Shown here: positions 1 to 9,376 of the stretch, piece after piece
Layout: every line of letters begins with the position of its first letter
How positions within the stretch are numbered: the stretch's first letter is position 1
NCBI GenBank assembly: GCA_963706285.1
Contig: CAVPLU010000020.1
Coordinates: 1 to 32,848, forward strand
DNA from: Candidatus Bathyarchaeota archaeon
GTDB taxonomy: Archaea; Thermoproteota; Bathyarchaeia; 40CM-2-53-6
DNA length: 32,848 nucleotides
Reading direction: 5' to 3'
Notes under the pieces: model-generated
Databases searched by the model: none
Seen by the model: only the letters and a program-made list of their open reading frames with translations
Told to the model about the DNA's origin: nothing
Program-made: the position numbers and the translations under genes

Positions 1-130
1 TGGAGCAGACATAGTGGTGCACATATGCGTCGGGAGTGAATGTTCTTGATTGAGAACTCTGATTGCGATGCCAGTCGGGTGCTCTCGCGTCATCCCTAGA
101 GCGTCAACCGAGCGTGCGCCATATGTCGTG

Positions 131-1366
131 CTATTCGGATTTCTGCCTGCGAGCGGCCTCAACGAGCGCCCTGACACCCGGTAGCTCCTCTCCTGCAAGG
201 AATGTCAGCATCGCTCCTCCAGCCGTGCTCACGTGAGAAATACGCTTTTCCAGCCCGAGCACATTCGCGTAGCTTCCCATGTGTCCGCCACCAACAACTG
301 AGTAGGCACCTTGCGCTGCCATCGCTTCAAGCGCAGTCTTGCTTCCAAGTTCGAAACCCTTTTCCTCAAAGACTCCTAAGGGGCCGCTTGAGACGACTGT
401 CTTCGATCCTTTGATGATCTCCGCGTACTGACGGGATGTCTCTATTCCGATGTCACGAACCGCATCACCCTTTGTTCCCTGACCAACCGGAACGTCAACA
501 CGTTTGCCATCTCGTGAGAGAGCGAGGTCTTTCGGCAGAACGACTTTGTCCTTGTAGTCACTCAGAATTGCTCGTGCTTTGTCAAGCAGCGCTGGGGACT
601 TCTCCAGTCCGCGATTTCCAGCGCCTCCGAAATCGATCCCTGTTGCTCTGAGGAAGACGTTCGCTACTAATCCACCAACTAAGACCTTGTCAGCTTTTCC
701 GGTCTTGAGGATATTCTCAATTATCGGAAGTTTGTCTTCGACCTTTGCGCCCCCAATAACGTAGACACTCGGTCTCTGCGGACTATGATAGGCCTGTTTG
801 AGAGCCTCCAATTCCTTGGCCATGAGCCTACCCGCTACTGCCTGAACCACCCGCGGGAGCCCAACGATCGATGCTTGAGTCCGGTGTGCGGTGGCGAAAG
901 CGTCGTTCACATACACGTCAAGCAACGGCGCCAGCCGGCGGACCATAATGGTATCAGCAAGCTTGTCTGGTGCGGCCGAGATGTTCTCTTCGGAGCAGAG
1001 ACGTAGGTTGTCGAGTACTAGTATCTCTCCGATCTTCAGATTCCTGATTTGCTGTCTCGCCTCCGGGCCTATTGTGTCCTCTACGAACCTGACGTGTTGT
1101 CCTACGTGTTTCTGCAGGAGTCTGGAGTGAGCTTCAAGTGAGGTGAAGTCCTCGTCCCCAGGTCGGCCTTGGTGAGATCCCATGACAACTCTTGCGTTCT
1201 TCAAGAACTCGAGCGTGTGACACGCCATCCTGATGCGTGTGTCGTCAATGATCTGCTTGGTTGTAGGATCGAGTGGGGAGTTGATGTCTGCCCTAACAAA
1301 TACGGTCTTTCCTTTGGTTACAACATCGTCGAGTGTGAGAAAGCGAAAGTCGGAATCAGTGCTCAA
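131..1366 (-). CDS. pgk: phosphoglycerate kinase (archaeal type)
   Basis: RADINSP, SHQGRPG, NDAFATAHR, GGAKVED, GPLGVFE and STAGGA motifs; 411 aa. Confidence 0.97.
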   Translation of the reverse strand: MSTDSDFRFLTLDDVVTKGKTVFVRADINSPLDPTTKQIIDDTRIRMACHTLEFLKNARVVMGSHQGRPGDEDFTSLEAHSRLLQKHVGQHVRFVEDTIGPEARQQIRNLKIGEILVLDNLRLCSEENISAAPDKLADTIMVRRLAPLLDVYVNDAFATAHRTQASIVGLPRVVQAVAGRLMAKELEALKQAYHSPQRPSVYVIGGAKVEDKLPIIENILKTGKADKVLVGGLVANVFLRATGIDFGGAGNRGLEKSPALLDKARAILSDYKDKVVLPKDLALSRDGKRVDVPVGQGTKGDAVRDIGIETSRQYAEIIKGSKTVVSSGPLGVFEEKGFELGSKTALEAMAAQGAYSVVGGGHMGSYANVLGLEKRISHVSTAGGAMLTFLAGEELPGVRALVEAARRQKSE

Positions 1367-1467
1367 TTTCTGATCCCACTACTCATTGCCTGAACGCTCC
1401 TAACGTTGCCTTAAGTCTGTCGCACGACCGATCGTTCTGTGAGCACCCATTTGCCCCATCGGGCAAG

Positions 1468-1477
1468 GCTTAATGTA
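1468..1477 (+). promoter_or_regulatory. putative TATA-like promoter element of tRNA-Met
   Basis: cttaatgta about 26-34 nt upstream of the tRNA 5' end. Confidence 0.35.
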
Positions 1478-1502
1478 CGGAATGGCTCACCGTATCAGCG
1501 CC

Positions 1503-1613
1503 GCCGGGGTGGCTCAGCTGGTAGAGCGCCAGCAAGGGCCGGATTGGCGAGACTCATAATCTGGAGAGCATAGGGCCCAGAAGTCGGGGGTTCGATACCC
1601 CCTCCCGGCACCA
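1503..1613 (+). tRNA. elongator tRNA-Met(CAT) with two non-canonical BHB introns (1533-1551 at 30/31; 1567-1582 at 45/46) and encoded CCA
   Basis: Acceptor GCCGGGG/TCCCGGC-A-CCA; D-arm GCTC..GAGC; T-arm GGGGG-TTCGATA-CCCCC. Removing both inserts gives CCAGA-CT-CAT-AA-TCTGG-AGGTC. Each insert folds as bulge-4bp helix-bulge (cgcc/ggcg; ctgg/ccag). Confidence 0.93.
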
Positions 1614-1666
1614 TCTGCACTAACCGGATAAAACGTAGGCACCTCCGGGTAGATCAGGCACAGAGG

Positions 1667-2365
1667 CTATTTGGATTCGAGTACCTTGACTCCTCCATCA
1701 ATCAGGCCGATGTACACACGATCTGTCAAGTCCAAAAAGAGACCTGTCTCTACAAGGCCTGGAATCGATTTCAGCTGACCATCTAGCAGGTAGGCATCCT
1801 TCATCGGGCCAAAATCCACATCAATCACAAAGTTGCCGTTGTCTGTTGTAATCGGGTTGGATCCTTTGCTACACCTTAGCTCCGGCTTGCCGCCCAGTTC
1901 AGCGAGCCTTTTCGTGACGAGCCTATGTGCGAAGGGTATCACTTCTACCGGGAGCACCTGGCCGCTACCCAACGTGTGAGTCAGTTTCCTCTCGTCAACA
2001 ATCACTATCAGCCTCTTTGCGGCCGAGTCTACGATCTTCTCTCTCGTCAACGCGGCGCCTCTGCCTTTGATGAGATTCAACGTTTGTGATTCCACTTGGT
2101 CAGCTCCGTCCAGTGCAAGATCGATCTGGCTGACATCGTTGGGACATACAAACGTGAGGCCAGCCTTGGTGATTGCTTCTTCGATCTGACGAGATGTTGG
2201 TACAAGTGTCAGTTCAAGTCCTGTATTCTTGATCAACTTCGCAAGTTCGGGAACGAGGAGTTCGAGAGTGGTGCCGCTTCCTATTCCAAGGACGCGTACG
2301 TCTTGGATTTCCCCAAGCGCCTTTTCAACCGCTGCTCTTTTCGCCGCCTCGATCCAGCTCAACAA
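1667..2365 (-). CDS. rpiA: ribose-5-phosphate isomerase A
   Basis: GIGSGTT, DGADQV, IKGRGAALTREK, PVEVIP, TDNGNF and VETGLF motifs. Confidence 0.96.
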   Translation of the reverse strand: MLSWIEAAKRAAVEKALGEIQDVRVLGIGSGTTLELLVPELAKLIKNTGLELTLVPTSRQIEEAITKAGLTFVCPNDVSQIDLALDGADQVESQTLNLIKGRGAALTREKIVDSAAKRLIVIVDERKLTHTLGSGQVLPVEVIPFAHRLVTKRLAELGGKPELRCSKGSNPITTDNGNFVIDVDFGPMKDAYLLDGQLKSIPGLVETGLFLDLTDRVYIGLIDGGVKVLESK

Positions 2366-3001
2366 CTAGCCCTCTGATTCGATCTGTTCAAGGCGTTCCA
2401 TGGCTTTGAGGACTTCTTCCCTAATTGCTTCGATCTTCTTCTCAGTCCTGATCTTGGCATCCCGAAGTCCGCTTCCCGTTGTCTTCAGATCCAGCTGAGG
2501 CGTTGTCTGAGCTGTTTCGATAGGGGCTACCACTTCATGACTGCTCTTGATCTCAGGATTGAGAGATTGCGTAGGCATGGGACCGGAGCGTAGATCTGCG
2601 AGCTTCTTGTCTATCTCGGTTAGCTTCTCGCGGAAACTGAGCAAGAGTTCTTTTCTTGCCGATTCCAAGTCAAATGTGTCCACAATCCGCTGATTATCTG
2701 CAATTCTTGACTCGAGCGCTTTCAAATCCGAGGAATATTTGTCTAGAAGGCGATCGCGCTCGTCGCGGGTTATGATCTCTTGTATCTCTGATTCATAGAT
2801 AGTCGTGAGTGCGGTTCCAATGATCTCACGTTCCAGCTTGAGCACCTTCAGGATCTCACGAGAACGTGACGCGTCAGGCTCGTTGATTGTGTGTTCAATC
2901 TCAGGGTTGGACTCTGCCGTCGTCGCCTCTGTAGTATTTTGCCTTGGCTTCTTCCTCCAAAAGAGCAGGGACGCGAGGAAGGGAAGAAGCCGCGACGGCA
3001 T
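2366..3001 (-). CDS. uncharacterised coiled-coil protein abutting rpiA (probable start ATG 3001; ORF open to 3127)
   Basis: Long E/K/R/L-rich heptad helices; short amphipathic N-terminus LLPFLASLLFWRKK; stop directly adjoins the rpiA TTG; TTTATAAT box near 3054-3061 on the minus strand. Confidence 0.75.
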   Translation of the reverse strand: MPSRLLPFLASLLFWRKKPRQNTTEATTAESNPEIEHTINEPDASRSREILKVLKLEREIIGTALTTIYESEIQEIITRDERDRLLDKYSSDLKALESRIADNQRIVDTFDLESARKELLLSFREKLTEIDKKLADLRSGPMPTQSLNPEIKSSHEVVAPIETAQTTPQLDLKTTGSGLRDAKIRTEKKIEAIREEVLKAMERLEQIESEG

Positions 3002-3256
3002 CAAGCTGGTCACGGATCGCCCTCTTCTGAGACGCCTATGACAATGGAGTGCTATTATAAATCCGCTTGCCGTATGTATGGTCATCTTCGGCGTTTCCGT
3101 CTGCAAATCTCTACGGATTGTCAACATTCGCTTGGAATATCTTGTGGTAATGAATCACTCACTCTTTATTCTCGGTCGCAACTGTGCGGATGCTGATCGG
3201 ATTGATGAAAGAGCCCGAGAACCGAGACCAACCTGCCTAGGAGGGCTGACCACGAG

Positions 3257-5347
3257 ATGAAAGATCCTATATGCGGAATGTATGTCGACGAGAATACGGC
3301 ACGAATAAAGAAGACCATCAGGGGAACGACATACTATTTCTGCAGCGAAAGCTGTCTCAGGCAATTTGAGAAGCCTGAGGTTGAACTGCGCAGACTTAAG
3401 ACGCTTTTCTCGATCGGCGCAATTCTGACCGTCCCTACAATGATACTGACCTATGTCCTAGTCTTGCCGCAGGTTCTGAACAACTACTTGCTGCTTCTGC
3501 TAAGCGCGCCGGTTCAGTTTGGCGTGGGCTTGAGATTCTACAAAGGCACGTATGATGCATTGAGGAACCGCATGGGGAACATGGATACGCTCATTGCAAT
3601 AGGCACAAGCGCGGCTTGGGCCTACAGTTTCATCGTGACTGTCTATCCTTCAGTGTTCCCTTCTAACACAGTATATTTTGACACGGCTGCTTTGATCATA
3701 ACACTCGTCCTGCTTGGGAATACACTCGAATACATGAGCAAAGCTAAGGCTTCTGAGTCAATCAGGAAGCTCTTGGATCTTCAATCCCGAACTGCACGCA
3801 TCGTGCGCGACGGCAGGGAGGCAGACATCCCTGTAGAAGAAGTGCAAGTTGGCGACCTGTTCCTTGTTCGGCCAGGTGAAAGAGTGCCTGTTGATGGGGT
3901 GGTCCTCGAAGGCCACACAGCGATCGACCAGTCAATGATCACTGGAGAAAGCATACCCGTCGAAAAGGAAACAGGCGACCAGGTGATCGGAGGCACTATC
4001 AACAAAACCGGTTTTGTACGAGCCAGAGCAGAGAAGGTCGGAGCAGACACTGTCCTCTCCAAAATTATCCAACTCGTGGAGGAGGCACAGATGGCAAGAG
4101 CACCAATACAGAGACTGGCAGACAGAATAGCCGGCTATTTCGTGCCCGCAGTTCTGGCAATTGCCAGCATCTCGGCGTTGATTTGGTATTTCATCGGCCA
4201 GATTGGACTGAACTTTGCCTTGCTGGCCTTCGTCTCAGTGGTCATAATAGCTTGCCCCTGCGCCCTCGGAATTGCGACGCCGGCAGCAGTCATGGTTGGC
4301 ACAGCCAAAGGAGCACAACAAGGAATTCTGATCAAGGGCGGCGAACACCTCGAAGCAGCAGAAAAAGTGGACACTGTAGTATTCGATAAGACCGGAACAT
4401 TGACTATGGGCGAACCCACCGTCACTGACATCATTACCTACCGCGGCCTCGCAAAAGAAGACGTGCTACGGTATGCAGCGATTGCCGAGAAGAGGTCGGA
4501 GCATTCTCTTGGCGAGGCAATTCAACGCGAAGCCCGCCGATTGCAGATACAGATTCCTGATCCTGAGTCGTTCGAAGCAATCCCAGGAATGGGAGTAAGG
4601 TGCCATTATGATGGGCACGAGATCAAGTTCGGAAATCTCCTGTTGATGTCGACCTCAGCTTTCACTGTCCCTAGCGAGGTCGAGAACCAAATCTTGACTC
4701 TAGAGAACGAAGGCAAGACAGCAATGATCCTCTCAATCGACAACAACATTGCCGGCTTGATAGCAGTCGCGGACACCCTCAAAGAGCATTCTGCAGAAGC
4801 GATCCGGCAGCTTGCTCTGATGGGCATTGAAGTCGTCATGCTGACTGGGGACAACGAAAGAACGGCACGCACAATTGCGAAGAAGCTCGGGATTGAACGA
4901 GTACTATCACAAGTGCTCCCCGATCAGAAGGAACGGATCATCAGAGAAATCCAACACGAGGGTAGGCACGTCGCTATGGTCGGCGATGGAGTGAACGACG
5001 CCCCTGCCCTGGCTGCGGCTGATGTTGGGATCGCCATTGGAAGTGGAACGGATGTCGCAGTCGAAACTGGTGGGATAGTCCTCATTCGAGATGATCCGAT
5101 AGACGTCGTTACTGCGATCCAGCTGAGCAAGCGCACGTTGCAGAAAATCAAACAAAACCTCTTCTGGGCTTTCGCCTACAACACGATATTGATACCTGTC
5201 GCAGCGGGAGCGCTTGTTCCATTTCTGGGCGCTGGAGTGTACGATTACTTACCATTCCTTGCAGCCGGGGCGATGGCGTTCAGCTCTGTAACGGTTGTTG
5301 GCAACTCTCTTCTGCTTTCCAGATTTACTCCCACGGCGATTCCGTGA
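3257..5347 (+). CDS. copA: copper-translocating P1B-type ATPase with N-terminal YHS metal-binding domain
   Basis: DPICGM...YYFCSESC (YHS), TGES, CPC, DKTGT, SEH, GDGVNDAP, YN and MAFSS motifs; AGGAGG RBS upstream. Confidence 0.95.
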   Translation: MKDPICGMYVDENTARIKKTIRGTTYYFCSESCLRQFEKPEVELRRLKTLFSIGAILTVPTMILTYVLVLPQVLNNYLLLLLSAPVQFGVGLRFYKGTYDALRNRMGNMDTLIAIGTSAAWAYSFIVTVYPSVFPSNTVYFDTAALIITLVLLGNTLEYMSKAKASESIRKLLDLQSRTARIVRDGREADIPVEEVQVGDLFLVRPGERVPVDGVVLEGHTAIDQSMITGESIPVEKETGDQVIGGTINKTGFVRARAEKVGADTVLSKIIQLVEEAQMARAPIQRLADRIAGYFVPAVLAIASISALIWYFIGQIGLNFALLAFVSVVIIACPCALGIATPAAVMVGTAKGAQQGILIKGGEHLEAAEKVDTVVFDKTGTLTMGEPTVTDIITYRGLAKEDVLRYAAIAEKRSEHSLGEAIQREARRLQIQIPDPESFEAIPGMGVRCHYDGHEIKFGNLLLMSTSAFTVPSEVENQILTLENEGKTAMILSIDNNIAGLIAVADTLKEHSAEAIRQLALMGIEVVMLTGDNERTARTIAKKLGIERVLSQVLPDQKERIIREIQHEGRHVAMVGDGVNDAPALAAADVGIAIGSGTDVAVETGGIVLIRDDPIDVVTAIQLSKRTLQKIKQNLFWAFAYNTILIPVAAGALVPFLGAGVYDYLPFLAAGAMAFSSVTVVGNSLLLSRFTPTAIP

Positions 5348-5383
5348 AAGCTCCAGCACTGACGGCGGACGGGTACTAGCATT

Positions 5384-6016
5384 CTAGTCTTTTCGTTCGA
5401 GCATGAGCTTGGTGATCTTTGTTCCGTATCTTTCCTTATATTCAGTGAGACACGGTTTGCAGCAGAAGTAGCGGTTTCTATCTCCAATCAGAAGTGTGAC
5501 GGGGTCGCCATGTATTTCTTGTCCACATAGGTCACAGGTGAGTCTAACAAATTGGCCCGGGCGGATTGCAACGTTCGGTTCATCCTTGACGACCCGCGCT
5601 ACCACATTATAAGTTAGAGATGCCACGTTCGGTATCGACGAGATCGTCGATGACAGAAGTGTCTGAAGTTCATCCAGGCTAGCTGTGAACACGGTAAAGA
5701 GCACGTTGTGTTCGCCTGTCATTCCGTAGACGTTCCGTATCTCCGGCACCTTTGCCAGAGCGTTCAGGACATCATCAGCCTTACCGGGTTCTACCCTTGC
5801 CGTCGCAACGGCAAATAGCCCACTCGTTATCTTGGAAGCATCAATTATGGGCGCAATCTTCTTGATCAAACCCATATCCAGCATTTTCCGCAGATGACTT
5901 TCGACTGTGGGCGTACTCACCCCTGCGGTGCGGGCGATATCCCTCAGGGAACGTCTGCCATCCTCCGTAAGTGCGGTGAGAATGTGATAGTCTGTATCAT
6001 CAATTCGATTTGGCAA
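5384..6016 (-). CDS. Lrp/AsnC-family regulator with C-terminal TRASH domain (CopT/CopR-like metal sensor); probable start TTG 6016, ORF open to 6052
   Basis: IDDTDYHIL..DGRRSLRDIA HTH, AsnC/RAM domain, CDLCG...YFCCKPC TRASH motif; convergent with copA. Confidence 0.88.
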   Translation of the reverse strand: MPNRIDDTDYHILTALTEDGRRSLRDIARTAGVSTPTVESHLRKMLDMGLIKKIAPIIDASKITSGLFAVATARVEPGKADDVLNALAKVPEIRNVYGMTGEHNVLFTVFTASLDELQTLLSSTISSIPNVASLTYNVVARVVKDEPNVAIRPGQFVRLTCDLCGQEIHGDPVTLLIGDRNRYFCCKPCLTEYKERYGTKITKLMLERKD

Positions 6017-6358
6017 GACACACGCCAGTAGTACTTTGAGTACTGGCCACATTAAAATAGTTATCAGGAGAACGCCAGTTCAGTGCCATTATGCGGGAGA
6101 CCGCAAATGGGTCTTCTCTGTACTTGTCAGACAAGGATGATGTTGCTCTGGATCATGCCTCTTTGGATACTGAACCAGTCGGAATCAAAACAGTGTCGGC
6201 AGTATCGCGAGCAGATTCCTATCCCTGTAGGTCTGTAAACCCTTACACCTTCCATTCCGTGACCGCCTTCGTGCAGGCGCGCGACCGCTTAAATACTCAA
6301 GTGGTTCGATTCTGGCCTAAAGCGATTCAGATGATGTTCTCACTGAGGGAATCCTGAA

Positions 6359-7693
6359 TTGAGCAAAGATGTCATTGAAATCCTTGAGAAAGCTCCGCTA
6401 ACGCGTTTTCACTATGGGCTGCTATTGCTTGGCAGTCTGATCTACGGATTCACCGCGATGAACGTCCTGCTTATAGCGGCGGTATTGACTCCGATAATAG
6501 CCGAGTTTGGACTGAAACAGCAACCTCTCGTTTCCGGTCTTCTTCTGAGTGCAGGTTACCTTGGCATGTTCGTGGGTGCGCTTTCATGTGGTGTCCTGGC
6601 GGATCACATCGGGAGAAAGAAGACGCTGCTTCTGACGATTCTGACGATGACAGTTTTCACTGCACTAAATTCGCTTGCCCCCGATCCCCTGACCATGGCG
6701 GTCCTGCGTTTTCTGGCCGGCATAGGGCTAGGTGGCGCTCTGCCACAACCAGGAGTCTACGTCTCAGAATACGTTCCAGCGAAGTATAGGGGGCGATTCT
6801 TGGGGTTAGTTGAAACGTCTTGGGTCTACGGTGCGCTGCTTTCGCTTGTTTTCCCGCGTTTTCTCTTTCCGAGCCTTGGATGGCGTCCTACCTTCCTAGT
6901 GGCCTTGGTGCCACTTTTCTTGATTCCCATTGTCGCCTTTTCTGCGCCGGAATCACTTCGATATCTGCAGCTGAAGGGCAGAACCGAAGAGGTAACAATC
7001 CTCCTCAAGAAATACAAGCTAGTTCCCGCAGACTTCGGGCAAGTGATGAAAGTCGCTGCTTCGAAATTCGGTTCCAGAGCCGCCTTGAAGGAACTGTGGT
7101 CTCCGACTTTTCGAAAAAGAACTGCTATGTTATGGATTGCATGGGCAGTGTTGGTCTACACATACCATGGAATCTTCACTTGGTTGCCCACTTTCTACGC
7201 GAGTTCCCCGATGAACCTCACGGTCGTAAAATCTATTGAATGGGTACTTATCGTCACCTTGGCACAGGTCCCAGGTTACTATACCGCGGCGCTTCTGCTG
7301 GATCGCGTCGGAAGGAAGCCGATTGCAATCACGTATCTTGCCTTGGCTGGCGTAGGAAGCGTCCTGCTAAGCCTAGCCGCAGCTCCATCATCCATACTAC
7401 TATGGAGCATCGTCATTTCTTTCTTCAACCTCGGTGCTTGGTCAGCCTTGTACGCGTACACCCCTGAACTGTACCCCACCCGTATGAGAGGGACTGGTAC
7501 GGGAGCTGCAGCGAGCATTGGACGTGCCGCAGGAGTCATCGCACCGACGGCCACCCCACTCCTCTACGCATACGGAGGCCTTCCGGCTGCATTCGCGATT
7601 TTTGCTTTGGCTCACATATTGGGAGCCATTGCGGTCGCTGTCCTAGGTACTGAAACGAAGGGAAAAACCCTAGAGGAAATCTCCAGGCAATAG
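6359..7693 (+). CDS. MFS transporter (sugar porter/aromatic acid:H+ symporter-like)
   Basis: About 12 TM segments; GVLADHIGRK motif A; VSEYVPAKYRG; PESLRYL; ELYPTRMRG; ETKGKTLEEI. Confidence 0.93.
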   Translation: MSKDVIEILEKAPLTRFHYGLLLLGSLIYGFTAMNVLLIAAVLTPIIAEFGLKQQPLVSGLLLSAGYLGMFVGALSCGVLADHIGRKKTLLLTILTMTVFTALNSLAPDPLTMAVLRFLAGIGLGGALPQPGVYVSEYVPAKYRGRFLGLVETSWVYGALLSLVFPRFLFPSLGWRPTFLVALVPLFLIPIVAFSAPESLRYLQLKGRTEEVTILLKKYKLVPADFGQVMKVAASKFGSRAALKELWSPTFRKRTAMLWIAWAVLVYTYHGIFTWLPTFYASSPMNLTVVKSIEWVLIVTLAQVPGYYTAALLLDRVGRKPIAITYLALAGVGSVLLSLAAAPSSILLWSIVISFFNLGAWSALYAYTPELYPTRMRGTGTGAAASIGRAAGVIAPTATPLLYAYGGLPAAFAIFALAHILGAIAVAVLGTETKGKTLEEISRQ

Positions 7694-7929
7694 TGAGCTA
7701 GACCCTGATGTTACAGTGACCTTATGAGACATGACTTCAGACAATCTAAGAATCGCAGCCACTCGCCCGATGACAAAGCCAGCAAGCGCAAAGAATCGGA
7801 AAGCCCTGTGTTGAAGCTTCGAAGGTTCTCAGCCAGTGAGACGTGGACACGTAGGCTAAAGGCAAGGTAAGTTCTTTCCATCACCGGGGGACATGGCGTG
7901 CATCTATCTTGACGCGTGTCCTCGCCAGC

Positions 7930-8955
7930 CTAGAATGCTGAATGGAAAATCGAATGCGCATATTCTCTGATCGCGTTTGCCTTATTCTCGAAATCTCGGA
8001 ACGACCAACCCGGGTAGGGGCGATGCGTCGTCGTCAAGACCAAGCGATCAGACCCTACATTTTTGATCACGCATTTGACGACATCAACCAGCTCCTCCTC
8101 AGAGACCCTGGGGTTACAGAGGAGGTCTATCGGGATACCGGTGAAGAAGATGGCGTCTGGGAGGGATCCCCTCACAGCGGCCAGCGCAGTTGCCCACTCA
8201 CGCGCGGCCGCAATGGTTGATTTTGGCCTAGTGTCGAGAGGGTGAAAGCCCGAGTAACCTTGAGCTAGTGCCGCGAGGTATTTCGTGACATCTCCGTCAC
8301 TGTGGAGAACAGAGTACTTTCCCCCTTTGATGATTGCTCGTCCCAGCTCGACCTGTCTACGAACAATAGTGAAGGCGAACTCTGGTTTGTAGATTGATCC
8401 CATGTAACCACAAGAATCGTCGGCGATTCTGATCGAATCGATCGCGTCGTATTCGACTGCTCGTTTGACTACGTGACGAAGAAGATCTGAAAATTTCGCA
8501 TGGATCACATCTGCTTTGTTAGGACTCAGGACCGTCAAGATGGAAAAATCAAACCGATGCGAGATCTGGCCTAGTCTTCTTGCCTGAGGAGTCTTCCCTG
8601 AACTACACGAGCACTCAGAGTACTCTGTCGGTCCCAGAAGCTCAAGTTGAAACGACTTTGTTCGATCCACTGTGATAGTCTCGGCCACAATCTCGTCCAT
8701 CTCAGCTACGAGATCGTCAACGGCAGGCCAGTCGTAGGCGTCTGGATCAAGCCTATCACACCATTCCCGACGCGACTCTAGATCTCGCTTGAAAGGCCCA
8801 CCTTCCTCGTAGAAATCAAAGGACTTGAACCAGCATCGAACACCTACAATGTCGCCTATCCTCGCCTCAAGCTTCGGATCGGCAAGCCAGAAGTACAGCG
8901 GGAGCCTAGTTGCTCTTCCCTGCATGGCTTCCGAGATCAAAGTCCGAGAGGTCAA
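7930..8955 (-). CDS. uroporphyrinogen decarboxylase/MtaA-CmuA-like TIM-barrel protein (divergent)
   Basis: IRIADD-G, VLHSDGDV, GFHPLD, GIPIDLL, C-terminal LVLTTTH...FEN pattern typical of the URO-D/CIMS superfamily. Confidence 0.65.
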   Translation of the reverse strand: MTSRTLISEAMQGRATRLPLYFWLADPKLEARIGDIVGVRCWFKSFDFYEEGGPFKRDLESRREWCDRLDPDAYDWPAVDDLVAEMDEIVAETITVDRTKSFQLELLGPTEYSECSCSSGKTPQARRLGQISHRFDFSILTVLSPNKADVIHAKFSDLLRHVVKRAVEYDAIDSIRIADDSCGYMGSIYKPEFAFTIVRRQVELGRAIIKGGKYSVLHSDGDVTKYLAALAQGYSGFHPLDTRPKSTIAAAREWATALAAVRGSLPDAIFFTGIPIDLLCNPRVSEEELVDVVKCVIKNVGSDRLVLTTTHRPYPGWSFRDFENKANAIREYAHSIFHSAF

Positions 8956-9021
8956 TCAACACAACTCTCAAATGTACAGTGCGGGATCGCCATCAGATCA
9001 CGATGATTGTTAGAGAAATTA

Positions 9022-9127
9022 TGGAGCCCCGGCCGAGGTTTGAACTCGGGACCCTTGCCTCTTCAGGCGTCGTTACCAAGGCAATGCTCTCGGCTGCAAA
9101 GCATCTACCAGGCTGAGCCACCGGGGC
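9022..9127 (-). tRNA. tRNA-Thr(GGT) with two BHB introns (9089-9104 at 22/23; 9061-9073 at canonical 37/38) and encoded CCA
   Basis: Reverse complement: GCCCCGG TG GCTC AGCCTGGTAG[16 nt]AGC A TTGCC TT GGT A[13 nt]A GGCAA GGGTC CCGAG TTCAAAC CTCGG CCGGGGC T CCA. Confidence 0.93.
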
Positions 9128-9152
9128 TGCGGTTCAGGTCAGGATGATCTTC

Positions 9153-9164
9153 TAATAAAGTTTC
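9153..9164 (-). promoter_or_regulatory. TATA box/BRE of tRNA-Thr
   Basis: gaaac-tttatta on the minus strand, about 26-37 nt upstream of the tRNA 5' end. Confidence 0.55.
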
Positions 9165-9376
9165 GATTAGGAAAGGGCACGTCATTTTCGCTGACACATC
9201 GGTGCTATCTCGCTGCTCTGAAATGACAGAAACGTGAGCATGTCGGTCACCTTCCTCTCCCGATTGGTCAAGCAGAGGTTTGTGTATTCGCCGCTCGTCA
9301 AACGCTTTTACCAAATGTTTAAGACTACTCCGCCATTCAAGTCTGCTCAACGAATCATAAGGAGGAAGAATGAATA

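Noticed and set aside
1503-1613. tRNA-Ile2(CAT) or initiator tRNA-Met
   Set aside because: The acceptor begins GCC with G1-C72 and lacks the initiator A1-U72 and triple G-C anticodon pairs; archaeal Ile tRNAs typically start GGG.
7694-7929. Possible C/D box sRNA in the convergent intergenic region
   Set aside because: Only partial TGATG/ATGA words; no convincing C/D/C'/D' arrangement.
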